Positions 28,190 through 39,665 of a stretch of 64,000 bases of DNA are shown one piece after another. Origin of the DNA: Bigelowiella natans CCMP2755. Lineage: Eukaryota > Protista > Cercozoa. The notes under the pieces were generated by a model. The model saw only the letters and a list, made by a program, of their open reading frames with translations, searched no databases and was not told where the DNA came from. Both the position numbers and the translations under genes were made by a program. The DNA is taken from NCBI GenBank assembly GCA_000320545.1, contig ADNK01002625.1:13621-77620 (forward strand). The letters are read 5' to 3'. Numbering within the stretch: position 1 is the stretch's first letter; every line of letters begins with the position of its first letter.

Positions 28190-29353
28190 CGCGCGTGCGT
28201 GTGTGTTTCTGGGCGTTAAGTAATGTTGTAAAGTATGAGGTAGAACACAATTCTCTCCTCTTTTCTACAAACACTACTACCATTCATTCTCTTCCAGGTA
28301 TTTAGTAGTGCTAAAGTGCCATTTAGGCTGCTTCTCCGGCGAAGAATTGCTTTTGGTGATTCAGAGGATGAGCACCTTCGTTCCAATGAAAAGCTGAGAG
28401 CAAGGGATAAGGGCCGAGGATACTGTTCTTCGTGTGGAAAGATGTTTCTATCACGCAAACGTTTGAAAGACCATGAGGCAAAGTGTGATGGGGTATGTGT
28501 GTGTGCGTGTGTGCTTGTGAACGACGATCTTTAACTACTACTTGTTTCTTATTAGGTTGAGGCTGCAGGCAAGATAATGGCAGAAAGACTACAAGCAAAC
28601 TTCATGAGGCACGCCGCTGCTAATGATGGAGAAGACCGAGATCCAAATGCCGACATATTTGATGTAACCGAGAGAATGACTGGTCTTAATGATGTCGGAG
28701 TAGTGATTCCTAGTAGCATCCCCAAATCTGCATCATCGTCGTCACAAAAGAAAAAGATGAAGTCCAAGAAGAAACCGACCCAGAAAAAGACCACGGTAGT
28801 AGGTGTGGATGGTATGAGAAGCAATGCTGCATCTTCAAGCAGGAACAATACACGCAGCCAGAGGAGTGGTAGTAGAAAACAGGCCGATGTAGGACACAAG
28901 AAACGGGGCGGTGTTATCATCAAAGGTAAATCACATCATCATCATCGGAAAAAACGTCAAGAGAAGGAAGCAGCACAGCTGCAAGATGAAGAAATGAAGG
29001 GAAGAACCAGGAGAGAAGGAGAAGAAACAACGGCACATCAGCAATTCGAAACAGTCAGGGAAATGAATGAACGCCTTATTTCTGCAGATCTAAAGCGAAA
29101 GAAGTTGACAAGGTGTTGATTAGTGTCTATGCAATATGCACATTTGTTTCTATGTGGGATTGGTACTGGTAGGCCCTGAAAAACGACGTATTCTGTTTGA
29201 TGCTATTCAACGACGTATTCTGTTCGTTGTTATTCAAGGTTTGGCGGGGGTGACCCTATAGAGACGGAGAAGGCGGAGAAGAGAGTAGCTCACTTCCTAA
29301 GATTGCTAAAGAAACACATTGCTATCTGCCTTAAAGCCATCAACGATGAGATC

Positions 29354-29389
<36 letters not shown>

Positions 29390-30698
29390 TAGTAGCAGCA
29401 GTGGAAGTAGTAGTAGTTGGTTTGAAACAGATAGATGCAGTAACAACTACCATTCATACAATAACTACAATAACTATGTTAAGTCGTGCAGTTCTAGACG
29501 CAGTATTGGTAGTCAACATCGTCATCATCATTATGGCCATTGAGTATGCTACTGCACACCTTGATTCCTTCCTCCTCCTCCTTGTTCTTCTTCTTCTTCT
29601 TCTTCTTCTTTCTCTTTTTAACTCAAGATATTTGGAGTTCTCCGTGGCAAGCAAAGAGCAAGAAGTTACTGCTATAGAAGCGAGTAGACTTCAAGTACTA
29701 GATACAATGTACCAATACATGATCAATGAAAACAGAAAAATAGAGGAGAGAAACAGAAACAAAGCAGCAGCTTCAAAGGCATCCTTATCATCAACGGGTA
29801 AAGGAGAGAATGATTTCCTGTACAACACCACCAAGATAGTCAACGAGCGCAAGGATATCGAAGATAGAATACGCGGAAGAAGAGATGCAAGGAAAGATAG
29901 GACGGAAAGACTCATGGGGTGGCTAGAGTACCTCGAAGCAAAGTCTCTAAGACTTAAGAACAAAATATACACGGATCCTGGTGATACACGGCTAGACTAC
30001 GTGGCAGGTGATGCTGATGTACACGGAAAAACCTTGCATAGCAGAGAACACAGTGGCTTTATTGAGGTTCCAGAACCATCCAGCATCGTCTCCATGAAGG
30101 ATGATCGTATAGATGAGACGATGATACCATTCGAGGTCGAGGTAGAGCGCCCAGATGGCACGATGGAAATCAAAACAAGGTCCTTTCACACGCAAGAGAC
30201 TCTCCTAAATGCTGAAAAACTTCAACAGGAGCTCAGAGCTGCTGTTGGGAGGAAGGGGATTGAAGTACTATCCCCCGTGAACAGCAGCAGCAGTATTTGT
30301 GATGCCTCTGCCCTACTTCGGAAAGTTGCAAAGCCACCAGCACTATCATCATCATCATCATCATCATCATCGTCGTCGTCATCTTCAAAAGGACGGCAAC
30401 AACAGCTTAGTGCTGCTGCTGCCTGTTGTTGTAGTGGTAGTAGTAGTGACAGTGATGCTATGAAGAATGAATCTCAAGAACAGCAGCAACAGCAAGGAGG
30501 CTATGCTGATGATCTCATTTCAATATCTGGTTCTTTGTCTCCGTTTGGTGAAACCATCACCGATGATGAGAAGAAGAACAACAACAACAACAACCTAATT
30601 ACTTGTGGCAGCAATAAGGCCGTTAATGATGAAAAGGAGGTCATCTTTGCCGATAAAGGTACTAGGATAAACCAAATTCTACCCCCGCGCTATCTCTC

Positions 30699-30738
<40 letters not shown>

Positions 30739-30819
30739 TCTCAGGTGTGTAGTGTGTATTTGATAATTATGCTCAATGGTGATATAATAATACTAAATGA
30801 TATATCAGGTAAATTTTGA
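19265..30819 (+). CDS. Large multidomain protein: NHL repeats, RanBP2-type zinc finger, PDZ-like segments, CxxC..H...C finger and coiled coil; multi-exon, could be more than one gene
   Basis: NHL repeats (PYSLCFGPDGWLYVVDS, FETPMGIAID, VADTDNNRIRRI, PRAVACDKHGNVYIADSSNYMIKKV, PAGLCIDKYGNILVADTTNCKIRRL) at 20030-22500. WRCSLCGNMN..CANCG at ~23550. SKPLGITL and NVPFGML..GVRAGDIIIGVDG are PDZ-like. CSSCGKMF..LKDHEAKC at ~28420. Start and end are approximate. Confidence 0.65.
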
Positions 30820-30909
30820 ATGCAAACGTATCGTATGGCAATATCTAGACATATTAATGAAGATCGATATGATGATGTAAGCCTGTAAATCAGATTAAAT
30901 GTGGTACCA

Positions 30910-32430
30910 CATGCATCTCTAGATCTGGCAGATGTTGTGTCCATCAGCATGATGCATCACTCATCGCGGCAGCTGCGATTTGAAGTGTCCTAGCTAATCT
31001 TAAAATGTGGAGATTCACAGGAGTCTACCTGCAAGTGGCCCTCTAGCCCCTCCTCCTGCTGCATGTAGCCGTGTTCGCATGTCTAGCTAGATGAACGCAA
31101 ATTTGTCTGTTAGCCATGTGTGCATGTTCAGATTTGTGCGCATGTGCCATCTAGCTGTAGCACATGCTGGCAATTCAGCATGGCATGTGTGCTAGCTAGC
31201 TGGCGGCATGCACACATGCATGCATGTGATGTCATTGTGTCAGTGTGTTCAGTTGGTGCACTGACACGTTGAGGGCATCAGCAGCATGTCTAGATGTGCA
31301 TGCAGCTAGCTAGCTAGCTAGATGGATCAGATGGATGTGACAAAATGATCAAATTTGTGCAACGATCGACGTGATCGGGTTGGGATTGTCAGGGTCCCAG
31401 CTAGCCAGGCATGTCTCTAGCTAGCTAGATGGATCAGATGGATGTGACAAAATGATCAAATTTGCACAACGATCGACGTGATCGGGTTGGGATTGTCAGG
31501 GTCCCAGCTAGCCAGGCATGTCTCTAGCTAGCTAGCTAGTGCCAGCTAGATCCAGAGATGTCCATGCACGTCACTGACGCACATGCGCATCGCATGCACA
31601 CGTTGCACCAGCACACCCATGGTGGTGCGGTGGCGGCAGCCGGCTAGGTGTGCGCGTTGCATCCAGTGTTCCTAGTTTTGTCGCTAGCTAGCCACGCTAG
31701 CTAGCTAATTCGCTGCGGCCTCGCGCTAGCGCTAGCTTCCAGAGCCGCTGCAGCTGCTAGCTCGCGGAAAATTTCAATTTTTGCAACCACTAGCTGTGCA
31801 TCTAGCGCCGGCCATCAGCAGACCGCACCACAAAATGCTTGCGCAAACAAAGCTAGCTAGGTGGACACGACATGGATGCGATGTCTAGATGTGCTGCTGC
31901 TGACATGTGCGCATGCACAACTGCATCAATCCCGGTGACGAGTGGGTTTTGAACAAACTGTGCTTTGCGCGTGCGGCCTGGCGCGCTCAATCGTTGCAAT
32001 TGGTCATTGGAAGCACACTGGAGCCTGTTTGAGGTTCAAATTTGATTTTTTTTCGAATTTCAGCTTGAAAACTTCATTTTTCAACGCCTGCTAGCGGGCG
32101 AAAATTGAAAAATTCTTGCCACTTTTGAACACGCTAGCGCATTTGCATTTGCGTGCCACGCACAAGTTTCATTGCAAGCTCATGAGGGTGTGCACACACT
32201 GGCTAGCTTCATGGACGTGCGAAGTTTTAGCACACGCACGCAAAAAGCAGCCACCTGGGCGCACAAAAACGCGCAAATGTGTGCTCAATGGCTCTCAATT
32301 GAAAATTCAGGCCATTCGTTACACACTTGATGCAGTTGTGCATGTGCCAGCATGGAGTTTTCAAATCGGGATCTAGAGATGTCTACACGTCTAGACGTTC
32401 TAGCGCACAATGTCTGTCTTAGACAACCTC
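30910..32430. other. TpA-depleted island 2, between convergent genes
   Basis: In 31161-32226 only one non-CTAG TA (CTAA at 31705). AT-rich tracts read TTGAA/TTCAA, never TTAA. Confidence 0.92.
31310..31535. repeat. 107-bp tandem duplication inside island 2
   Basis: gatggatcagatggatgtgacaaaatgatc... starts at 31321 and 31428. The copies differ only at TG (31358-9) versus CA (31465-6). Confidence 0.95.
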
Positions 32431-32813
32431 AGTAATAATCTTGCACTAGCTATCTAGTCTAGATGGCATGGGAGTTATTATGGCTGCACATCAAAATTCA
32501 ATGCGCGTCTACTCATCGTCTGGTGATCATTGCATAGATAAAAATCACGCGAACCCTTAGTGAAGAGTGGACGAACAATCGCATAGAAATTCTATCTGGC
32601 AAGGTATGTACTGATCGTGTCTTAAGAATCCTTTACTAAATTATAAACTTAGTTCAAGGACACAAAAGACGAGAAGTAATGCACATCTAGCTATAGAAAT
32701 GTGCGATATAGAAGCAAGCAGCAGCAGTTACACTCGATTGGGATTGACGGGCTAGGATCCTAAACAGAATTTAACTACTGCCCCATATACCACGATTCCA
32801 GTACATTTGTAAT

Positions 32814-34016
32814 TTAACGCCAGTAGGAAATCATAGGTGCCTTGTCCTTAGGCTTGTAGTTCTTTCCCGCGAGACCAGCGTTAAGGTAATCAAGAAGGGA
32901 AGGGAAAGAGTGAGCGTAGAAAGGATCCTTGTAGGAAGTCTCTAGAGGAGTTCCCTTGATCTCATCAGGAATATCGGTTGGGGTAAGGCCCATGTTGAGC
33001 TCATTGTCTGCGCGCTTGAGATTCTCTGGCTTACCCCATCGCTGAGGGTCTAAAAGTTAACAGTTTAGTTAGTTGGTGTGTTTGCGAGTTGCTAGAGCAT
33101 TGGCGAGCATGGTGTGGACGTTGAAGCTTCATTTTGGTGAGAGAATAAAAGCTTCACATTAAAAATCTAACCGACAAGGATCGGAAACAAAAGCAAAATT
33201 GATTTTTTTAGGTGAATGCATCTCGATGTATTTGTCTAAATGCAAATAAGCTGCATTACTAAGCTTTTCGAGCTTCTGGTAACGAGCCAATAAGTATCCC
33301 CTGAGGACTTCGTGGAAGGCAGCAGCTCCCAGTCCCATGTAGGCAATTCGCTGTGGATCTGCGAAAAATATTGTGCAGACAATGTGAGCGTTGCTTAATG
33401 TCTAATTAAAACGACGGGTTGAAATTAAAAATTTCACAAAAGTTTACCGAAAGGGGATCCTGGGGTAAGGAAAGATCCTCCTCCACCAGCACCGACATTG
33501 ACGCGTGTGCGAGAAGGCATGCGAGTTCTTGCAACTGATTACCATTATTAGAAATTCATTTAGATAGAGCATTTTTTTAGTGTCAATTATTGCTATCACT
33601 GTAATTTTTCATGTAGGAAGCATATTAGCGTTATTCGTTGTATTAGCAGCAAAAATCCCGTATGGACTACACATTTTACAATCCATCTCGTTTTATGTGA
33701 AAGGAACTTCGGTATCAATCCCCCCTCCCCTTTGTCATCCTACCTCCACGTGGAGCAGCAAGCGCAACGTCATTAGATCCGGAAAGAGCAAAGCTTAGGC
33801 CAACGCAAACGCAGACTATGCCTGCGGCAGCAAGGACGCCATACCTAAAATTATTTCACGTGTGAGTAACAATGATGGTTGTTAACGACTCGCATATAAG
33901 CTATTTTTTTCGTAGCCACCAATCATAATGTAATTCCACTTCGTGTGGCCATTATCAAGGGTCGTAAACATGAATTCTCCACTATGTCTAGCTGGGCTAA
34001 ATACGTACTTCAGCAT
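32814..34016 (-). CDS. Small (~176 aa) putative plastid-targeted protein of unknown function, 5 exons
   Basis: All junctions are GT-AG and in phase: MLK|YGVLAAAGIVCVCVGLSFALS..APRG|VARTRMPSRTRVNVGAGGGGSF..PF|DPQRIAYMGLGAAAFHEVLRGYLLARYQKLEKL|NPQRWGK...KAPMISYWR*. Signal peptide followed by an R-rich transit peptide. Confidence 0.8.
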
Positions 34017-35009
34017 CTTCTTGTTGGAGAGGGAAGAGGAGGAATGCGGGAAGGAAGCGTAGTTTGCGTCCATTGTAATTTTGATCTCAATCTGAAGCTT
34101 CGCGCTTTCTTTCCAGTTGCTACTAATTAAGATCTAAGTTTCGTCTTTATCAAGATCAGTAAACTCCAGTATAAAACAGATATTTGGATATACATATTAC
34201 ATAATGTGAAAAAGACAAGGTAATTTTCCACAATATAAGTAAAATATGCGCTCGCGAATCATGCACTATCAACAGCAGTTGATAAAATAAATTTTGCCTT
34301 TTATGTCTCTATTTATTTTATACGACAGGAAAGTAATATTTACTTGTAATAATTTATAGGATATTTTTGTTAAATGTGAAAGTTTTTTCGAAAAAAAGGG
34401 ATTCTTACTGAATAACGATTTAATTTTCTTTCTTTGCAAACCGAGATGATTTTAGAACGCCGTTAGTTTCCGACATAAATTTGAGTCGTAGGGGATATTA
34501 TCAATTTAATAGACTATATTTATTCAATTTTCTTCTCGGTCAATATATTTAGCACTCTCTTGGAGTTATGTCCCCCCTTTTATTTCGCATCTCGCCGGCC
34601 TCTTTTTGCGCTTGTGGTCTTAAATGAGCCGAGAAAGATTAATATGTATCATGTATTTCCTCCTTTATCTAGTAACGACAATAATATGTATTTTGTCGTA
34701 AGGAAATTAGCTCGATTCAAACTGTTAACATTTATTAAAATTGTCTTCAAATATTGAATGAGACATCATTTCATGGTTGTCGTCAATAATTGAAATCAGC
34801 GAAGAGCTCACTTCGGGGCCTAAAATGTTTTTCTGGATTCCGAGAACGGGACCGAAGTTTTTTAGATTGTCGCAAGGTAAAAACGTGATGTAATTTTACT
34901 AATTGTTGGATAACATGACGTACTCAAACGATCGATGTCCTCCCTCGAATAGATCTACCACATCCAAAGAGGGCCTCCCTGCTGTTTTCACGCTGCTTTC
35001 TTGTGAGCG

Positions 35010-36800
35010 ATGATGTATCGTATTTGCAGAGGGCGGCCTTTTTACTGCATCATCGCCTATTCGATGCCCTCACGATCATCTCTCCTAAGTCGACGAGATC
35101 GTTTCCACAGTCAGAATATTTGTAGTGGTGCTACTACGGCTGCATCGCCGTTACTTGAAAGCATCGTGGACATGAACCGCTGCCCAATTCACGACCCAAA
35201 GGCAATTATGTCATAATTATGATACAAACTTATCGAACAACAAAATAGACTCAGTGATAAGATAGTGCATGTCTGGTTAAACAGCTTCTTCCATTGCAAC
35301 TGAGCGAATACACAACACACTCTCCTTGCCGTAACATTGCAATTATAAACAAAAACTGTCAACGAACAGTTCGCAATTGAATGCCGAAAGAAAATGGACT
35401 ACTCTGTCGAGGATGGGGAGGGGCTGTGTCACTTAGCAGGTCTCCTTCCATACGAAATGCACCAACGCATGGATAAAGAGAAAGAGAGAGAGAGAAAGAG
35501 AGAGAGAAAGAAACAGAAAGAAAGAGATAAAAATACGTATCTGATTCCAAAATATACATTGGTCTTTCTCTTCGATGAGATATGTTGGTGGACCGGCGAT
35601 TTGTTATGACTCACCGTCATAAAACTACGTAGCACGAATACTAGACGCTGTCATCACACGCGCTTCGCACTCCATTGATCACTATTATTCTCCATTCTAT
35701 CTATCTTAGATTTTCTTACACCAGAGGGCACACGCCTGCTTCAAGCTGAAGCAAATTCGGTCATTCGATGGTTTACAGAATAAGTGTAATGTTGGAAACC
35801 ACTTGGCATTTTCACCACCACTCATCGGTAGCATTTTATATATGATGTATATAAGTAGGTAAAGTCGCAGGCCTTCTACAGTGATGAAAGCCACAACGCT
35901 TATTTGGAAAAGGTAGTGGCTGATTGATCGTTGTAATCATCTTTTAGACGACTTTCTCCCCTATCATAGCATCTGTTAAATACCTTACCAAACCGCAGGA
36001 AGATCAAAACTATCCAGCCAACCACGCAAGAAATATGCAGCAAGTCAGTTCTTCTTTGATCATATTTCTCGTTTCATTCGATCTCCTACATAACACATAC
36101 GACATGCAGCGTAAACAGGATGTATCTTGACTTGAAATGTGTAGAGCTTATGTCCAACCGAATACCCCCCTTTTGTAGAGGAGCACGAAACGACTCGTCG
36201 CTGCAGATCAAATGGAGTTCCCCTCCTCCGCATCATCATCCGGCATTCTTTTGGTGAGAACGTGCAGCATGACGTCATAACGTTGTACTTCAAATTGTAT
36301 TGGTAGTATGGATCTTAATGCAATGGTTTGTTCTGCTGTATCATCATTCAGTATCTCTATAAGTCACCATTACTCAAATATTTTGTCCAAGGTACTCGTA
36401 CTCGTAGTGGTAGTAGTGGTAGTAGTAATAGTAGTAGTATTCAACATCTTGCTACTGGATATGCCAACCCACACCAACAAACAACCTCCTAACCCACCCC
36501 CCCCTCCTTTCATCATCCATTCCTCTCTATCTCTCTAGCATGCGGTCTTGAGCATGTAAGGCCTCCTGGCTATTCGTCCTGCCAGTTCCTCCCCCCTCTA
36601 TATTGCTGGTGTTCTTATACATTGTGTGGTTTCTCAAAGAGGTGATAGGGGTAAAGCCTTTGTACTTACAGGCAGATCCGATGAACAAAGTAGTAGTAAT
36701 AGTAGCAAACCCTTATTTTCTTAAATCAGTTGTCGTTCAATGAATGAGCGCGTTGTTATGGAATACTACTCTAAAGTGCGTGCATGAATTTCATGTAGTG

Positions 36801-36844
<44 letters not shown>

Positions 36845-36964
36845 GCGTGCGTGTGTATGTGTATGTGTGCGTATACACGTGCACACTTGATTTGAAATTA
36901 CTGGTGTAATTTGTTGAGGTACATCTGAACTACTTCTCTCCTGGCGATGAGCTCGGTACTAGAT

Positions 36965-37000
<36 letters not shown>

Positions 37001-37272
37001 AAAGGGGTGTGCGGTGTAGTTAGCCATAGAGAGCTACATAATCAATCTAAGAATATATGAAGCGATGTTTGGTAACATTAAGTTCCTACCCGTTTTTCCT
37101 CAGGCTGGCATTTTGATAATTCTGAGTTCTTCGTCAACCTGCTCTTGCAAGCGCCAACGTAACCACACATTTTGCAAACAAAACGTTAATAATTTGTTCA
37201 CTGATGGAATGAGAAGACTCATTTTTATATCACTAGTTGTATGTAGAACATATACGAATATTATGATTTATA

Positions 37273-37311
<39 letters not shown>

Positions 37312-37334
37312 TAAAGTGTGGTAATAATATATAC

Positions 37335-37374
<40 letters not shown>

Positions 37375-38587
37375 TAAATAATATGCTAACGTGATATTAA
37401 AGTAGCGAGTGGCAGAACTAACGTTTGTATTTGCCATACACATTGGACGAACCATCATAAGTCACACTACTCATGCGATGCTGGTTTATTGAATTCACCG
37501 CCTTAGTTCTGGTGGTGAGTTTGAGTTCGTCGCTAGAAGTAGGACAGAAACGGATCCAAACTACTCGATTGTGAAACAGGTTTTTGTATTAATTGCACTA
37601 GTACTAAGTGGTGCAATCGCATGTGTTCGAATTGCAAAGAAGAAGAAGAAAACAGTTTCCACTTCATCAACAGTAACTACATACACCCAAATTTGGCTAA
37701 GGAGCAATAGTTCTGTATAGTTGTAAAAATAATATATCCTTCCTACAAGGTCCTCGATGGAAGGAAATCTGTGACGACAGTGGAGGTCATTAGTTGTTCG
37801 TTAATATAGGAGCTATTTTACCTTCTTATGTGATTATGTGGGGCGATTGTATAAGAACAGAAATAGACAACTCAAAATACCTATTCCAACATGATCGCGC
37901 ACGTGCCGATATTTTGCGACAATAATATTCACTTCTTGTTATCTTATGTCAGCCTACTTCCGGTTCTCTGCTGATATTTCGGGGAAAATATTCGATACAT
38001 CGCGTGAGGCAAGTTATAGGTAAGATGCGGCGCTGCTTCATGTGCTAGTCTATAGTAGCACGTGCGTGTGTTACTCCACCGATATATAGAGTTTTATGTG
38101 TAGATCATCATTGCTATCATCATCTCCACCTCACATTAACAACGACAACACTGTTATATAACCCTGATGCAGATGGAGAGCGCATAACCGCTATTCTAAA
38201 TTACGAACAGCAGCCTGGGTACCACATTACGCATTTCTAAGTCTATAATTTATAGCAGTGTTGGGTGCAGAAAGAAAGTCGAAATAGTCGAGATACTACG
38301 TCTGCTTTCTTCATTATACCTACTCTTACATCTCTGGCAAGTTGGATTTTTTTTTTCAGAGTAGGTTGATACATGTAAAAGTTATTTTAATGTAACAGTG
38401 ATCTGTGTCTTTACATGTTTATGTGTGTAATTTATCTAGATTTAACGTTATGTACGGATGTAGTCGTTCTCCATTCTCTCATATGCTAAACTATTTTCAC
38501 TTCATCAGAGTAATTATGAATGAATACACGAGGAAGAAATTCTTTGGAAGAACGTTGGACGATGTACAGCCGCAGAACACATCTTGA
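35010..38587 (+). CDS. 2OG-Fe(II) oxygenase of the HalD/BesD-like family (HxD, hydroxylase-type); about 15 small exons
   Basis: Spliced motifs IVDMNRCPI, HNAYL, VHLNYFSPGDELGWHFDNSEFFVNLLLQAP, SGGEFEFV, VLDG, GSLLIFRGKYSIHRVRQV, RITAILNY, TRKKFFGR. R/S-rich N-terminus. Some donors appear to be GC (~35202, ~35751). Confidence 0.8.
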
Positions 38588-38649
38588 TTCCACAAAAGAA
38601 AATTGTACGCGGAAGAAATAGTCTGCAGGTACTAATTAAAACACATCTT

Positions 38650-39470
38650 TGTGATTGTTGGCGCATGGATTATGTGCAGATGCAAATATGCACAGCTTTG
38701 CTATGTGCACTGGTGTGTCTTGATCTGTGCATCTAGACATCTCCAGATCTACGAATGAATGTGTGCGTAGACATCACTAGCTAGCTAGATCACAACGCGG
38801 CACCCTGCATTTGTTAGCTTGGACTGTGATGTGCATGAAAACATCGTTTCAAGACAGACACAAGTTGCGCATTTTCAAGGTGCATGCGTGCTAGCGTGTC
38901 CATGCATCAATGCATGCTAGCTACTGCCATGCCAGCATGCCCCAACGTGAGCCCTGCAGTCTGGAACCAGCAAACACAAGCGTGCAATGCTGGAATGGAC
39001 AACTGTGCACGTCTCTAGGTCTAGCTAAACCTGCTGAAGACGTGTGCCTGTGATTGGCAGCAGTCAGAGATGTGCACGCCTGGCTAGCTGGATGCACGCC
39101 AGCACGCGTGCACGTTGTGAGATTTGACTCCTGCGGTCAGAGTGTGGATCATTGTGAACACGGCCACAACTTGCAACGAGGGGTCAGTGCACAATCACCG
39201 CCCAACAAACAAACGTGCAAAAAACGCGTGGACGGAACACTCGGCACAGGCACCGCAGACGACGGTTTGGCGGCTGCAAACGCTGGAAACAAACGGCATC
39301 CTTGCAACTGTGATCATTCCTGGAAGTTGATGTTCAACAGCTGTGCAGATTCGGACACAGAGTTGGCCAATCCATCTTTGTCCGTCCATCGTCTGCCTGC
39401 AGCTGGCTTAGCTGGAGCCAGATTGTCCGTCCATGAAGAAACATGAGTGCAACATGAAACATAACCATTG
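38650..39470. other. TpA-depleted island 3
   Basis: In 38690-39460 the remaining TA are CTAG, CTAN or NTAG only. No TA at all in ~39090-39400. Confidence 0.9.
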
Positions 39471-39665
39471 GTGTTTTTGCACCGGTAGTGCATGCTCTTT
39501 CTGATCGAAGTGAAACACGCATACTTTGATGTCGTAATGAAGAAATTGCCTGGTCTAAGCCTCTTCCGTGACTACGCGACAACAATGATGCACCCATGCG
39601 CTTGTTGTCTCACAAACAAAACACAGGCCATTTAATCATTGCTTCTGCGATACCCTTCGGAAAAA

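Noticed and set aside
31310-31535. CRISPR-like array
   Set aside because: Two contiguous copies without spacers, eukaryotic context, no cas genes.
39054-39446. 130-aa ORF and similar ORFs inside islands (55095-55686, 32116-32376)
   Set aside because: They are Cys/His/Ala-rich and almost Tyr-free, as expected when TA loss removes TAA, TAT and TAC codons. No domain or splice support.
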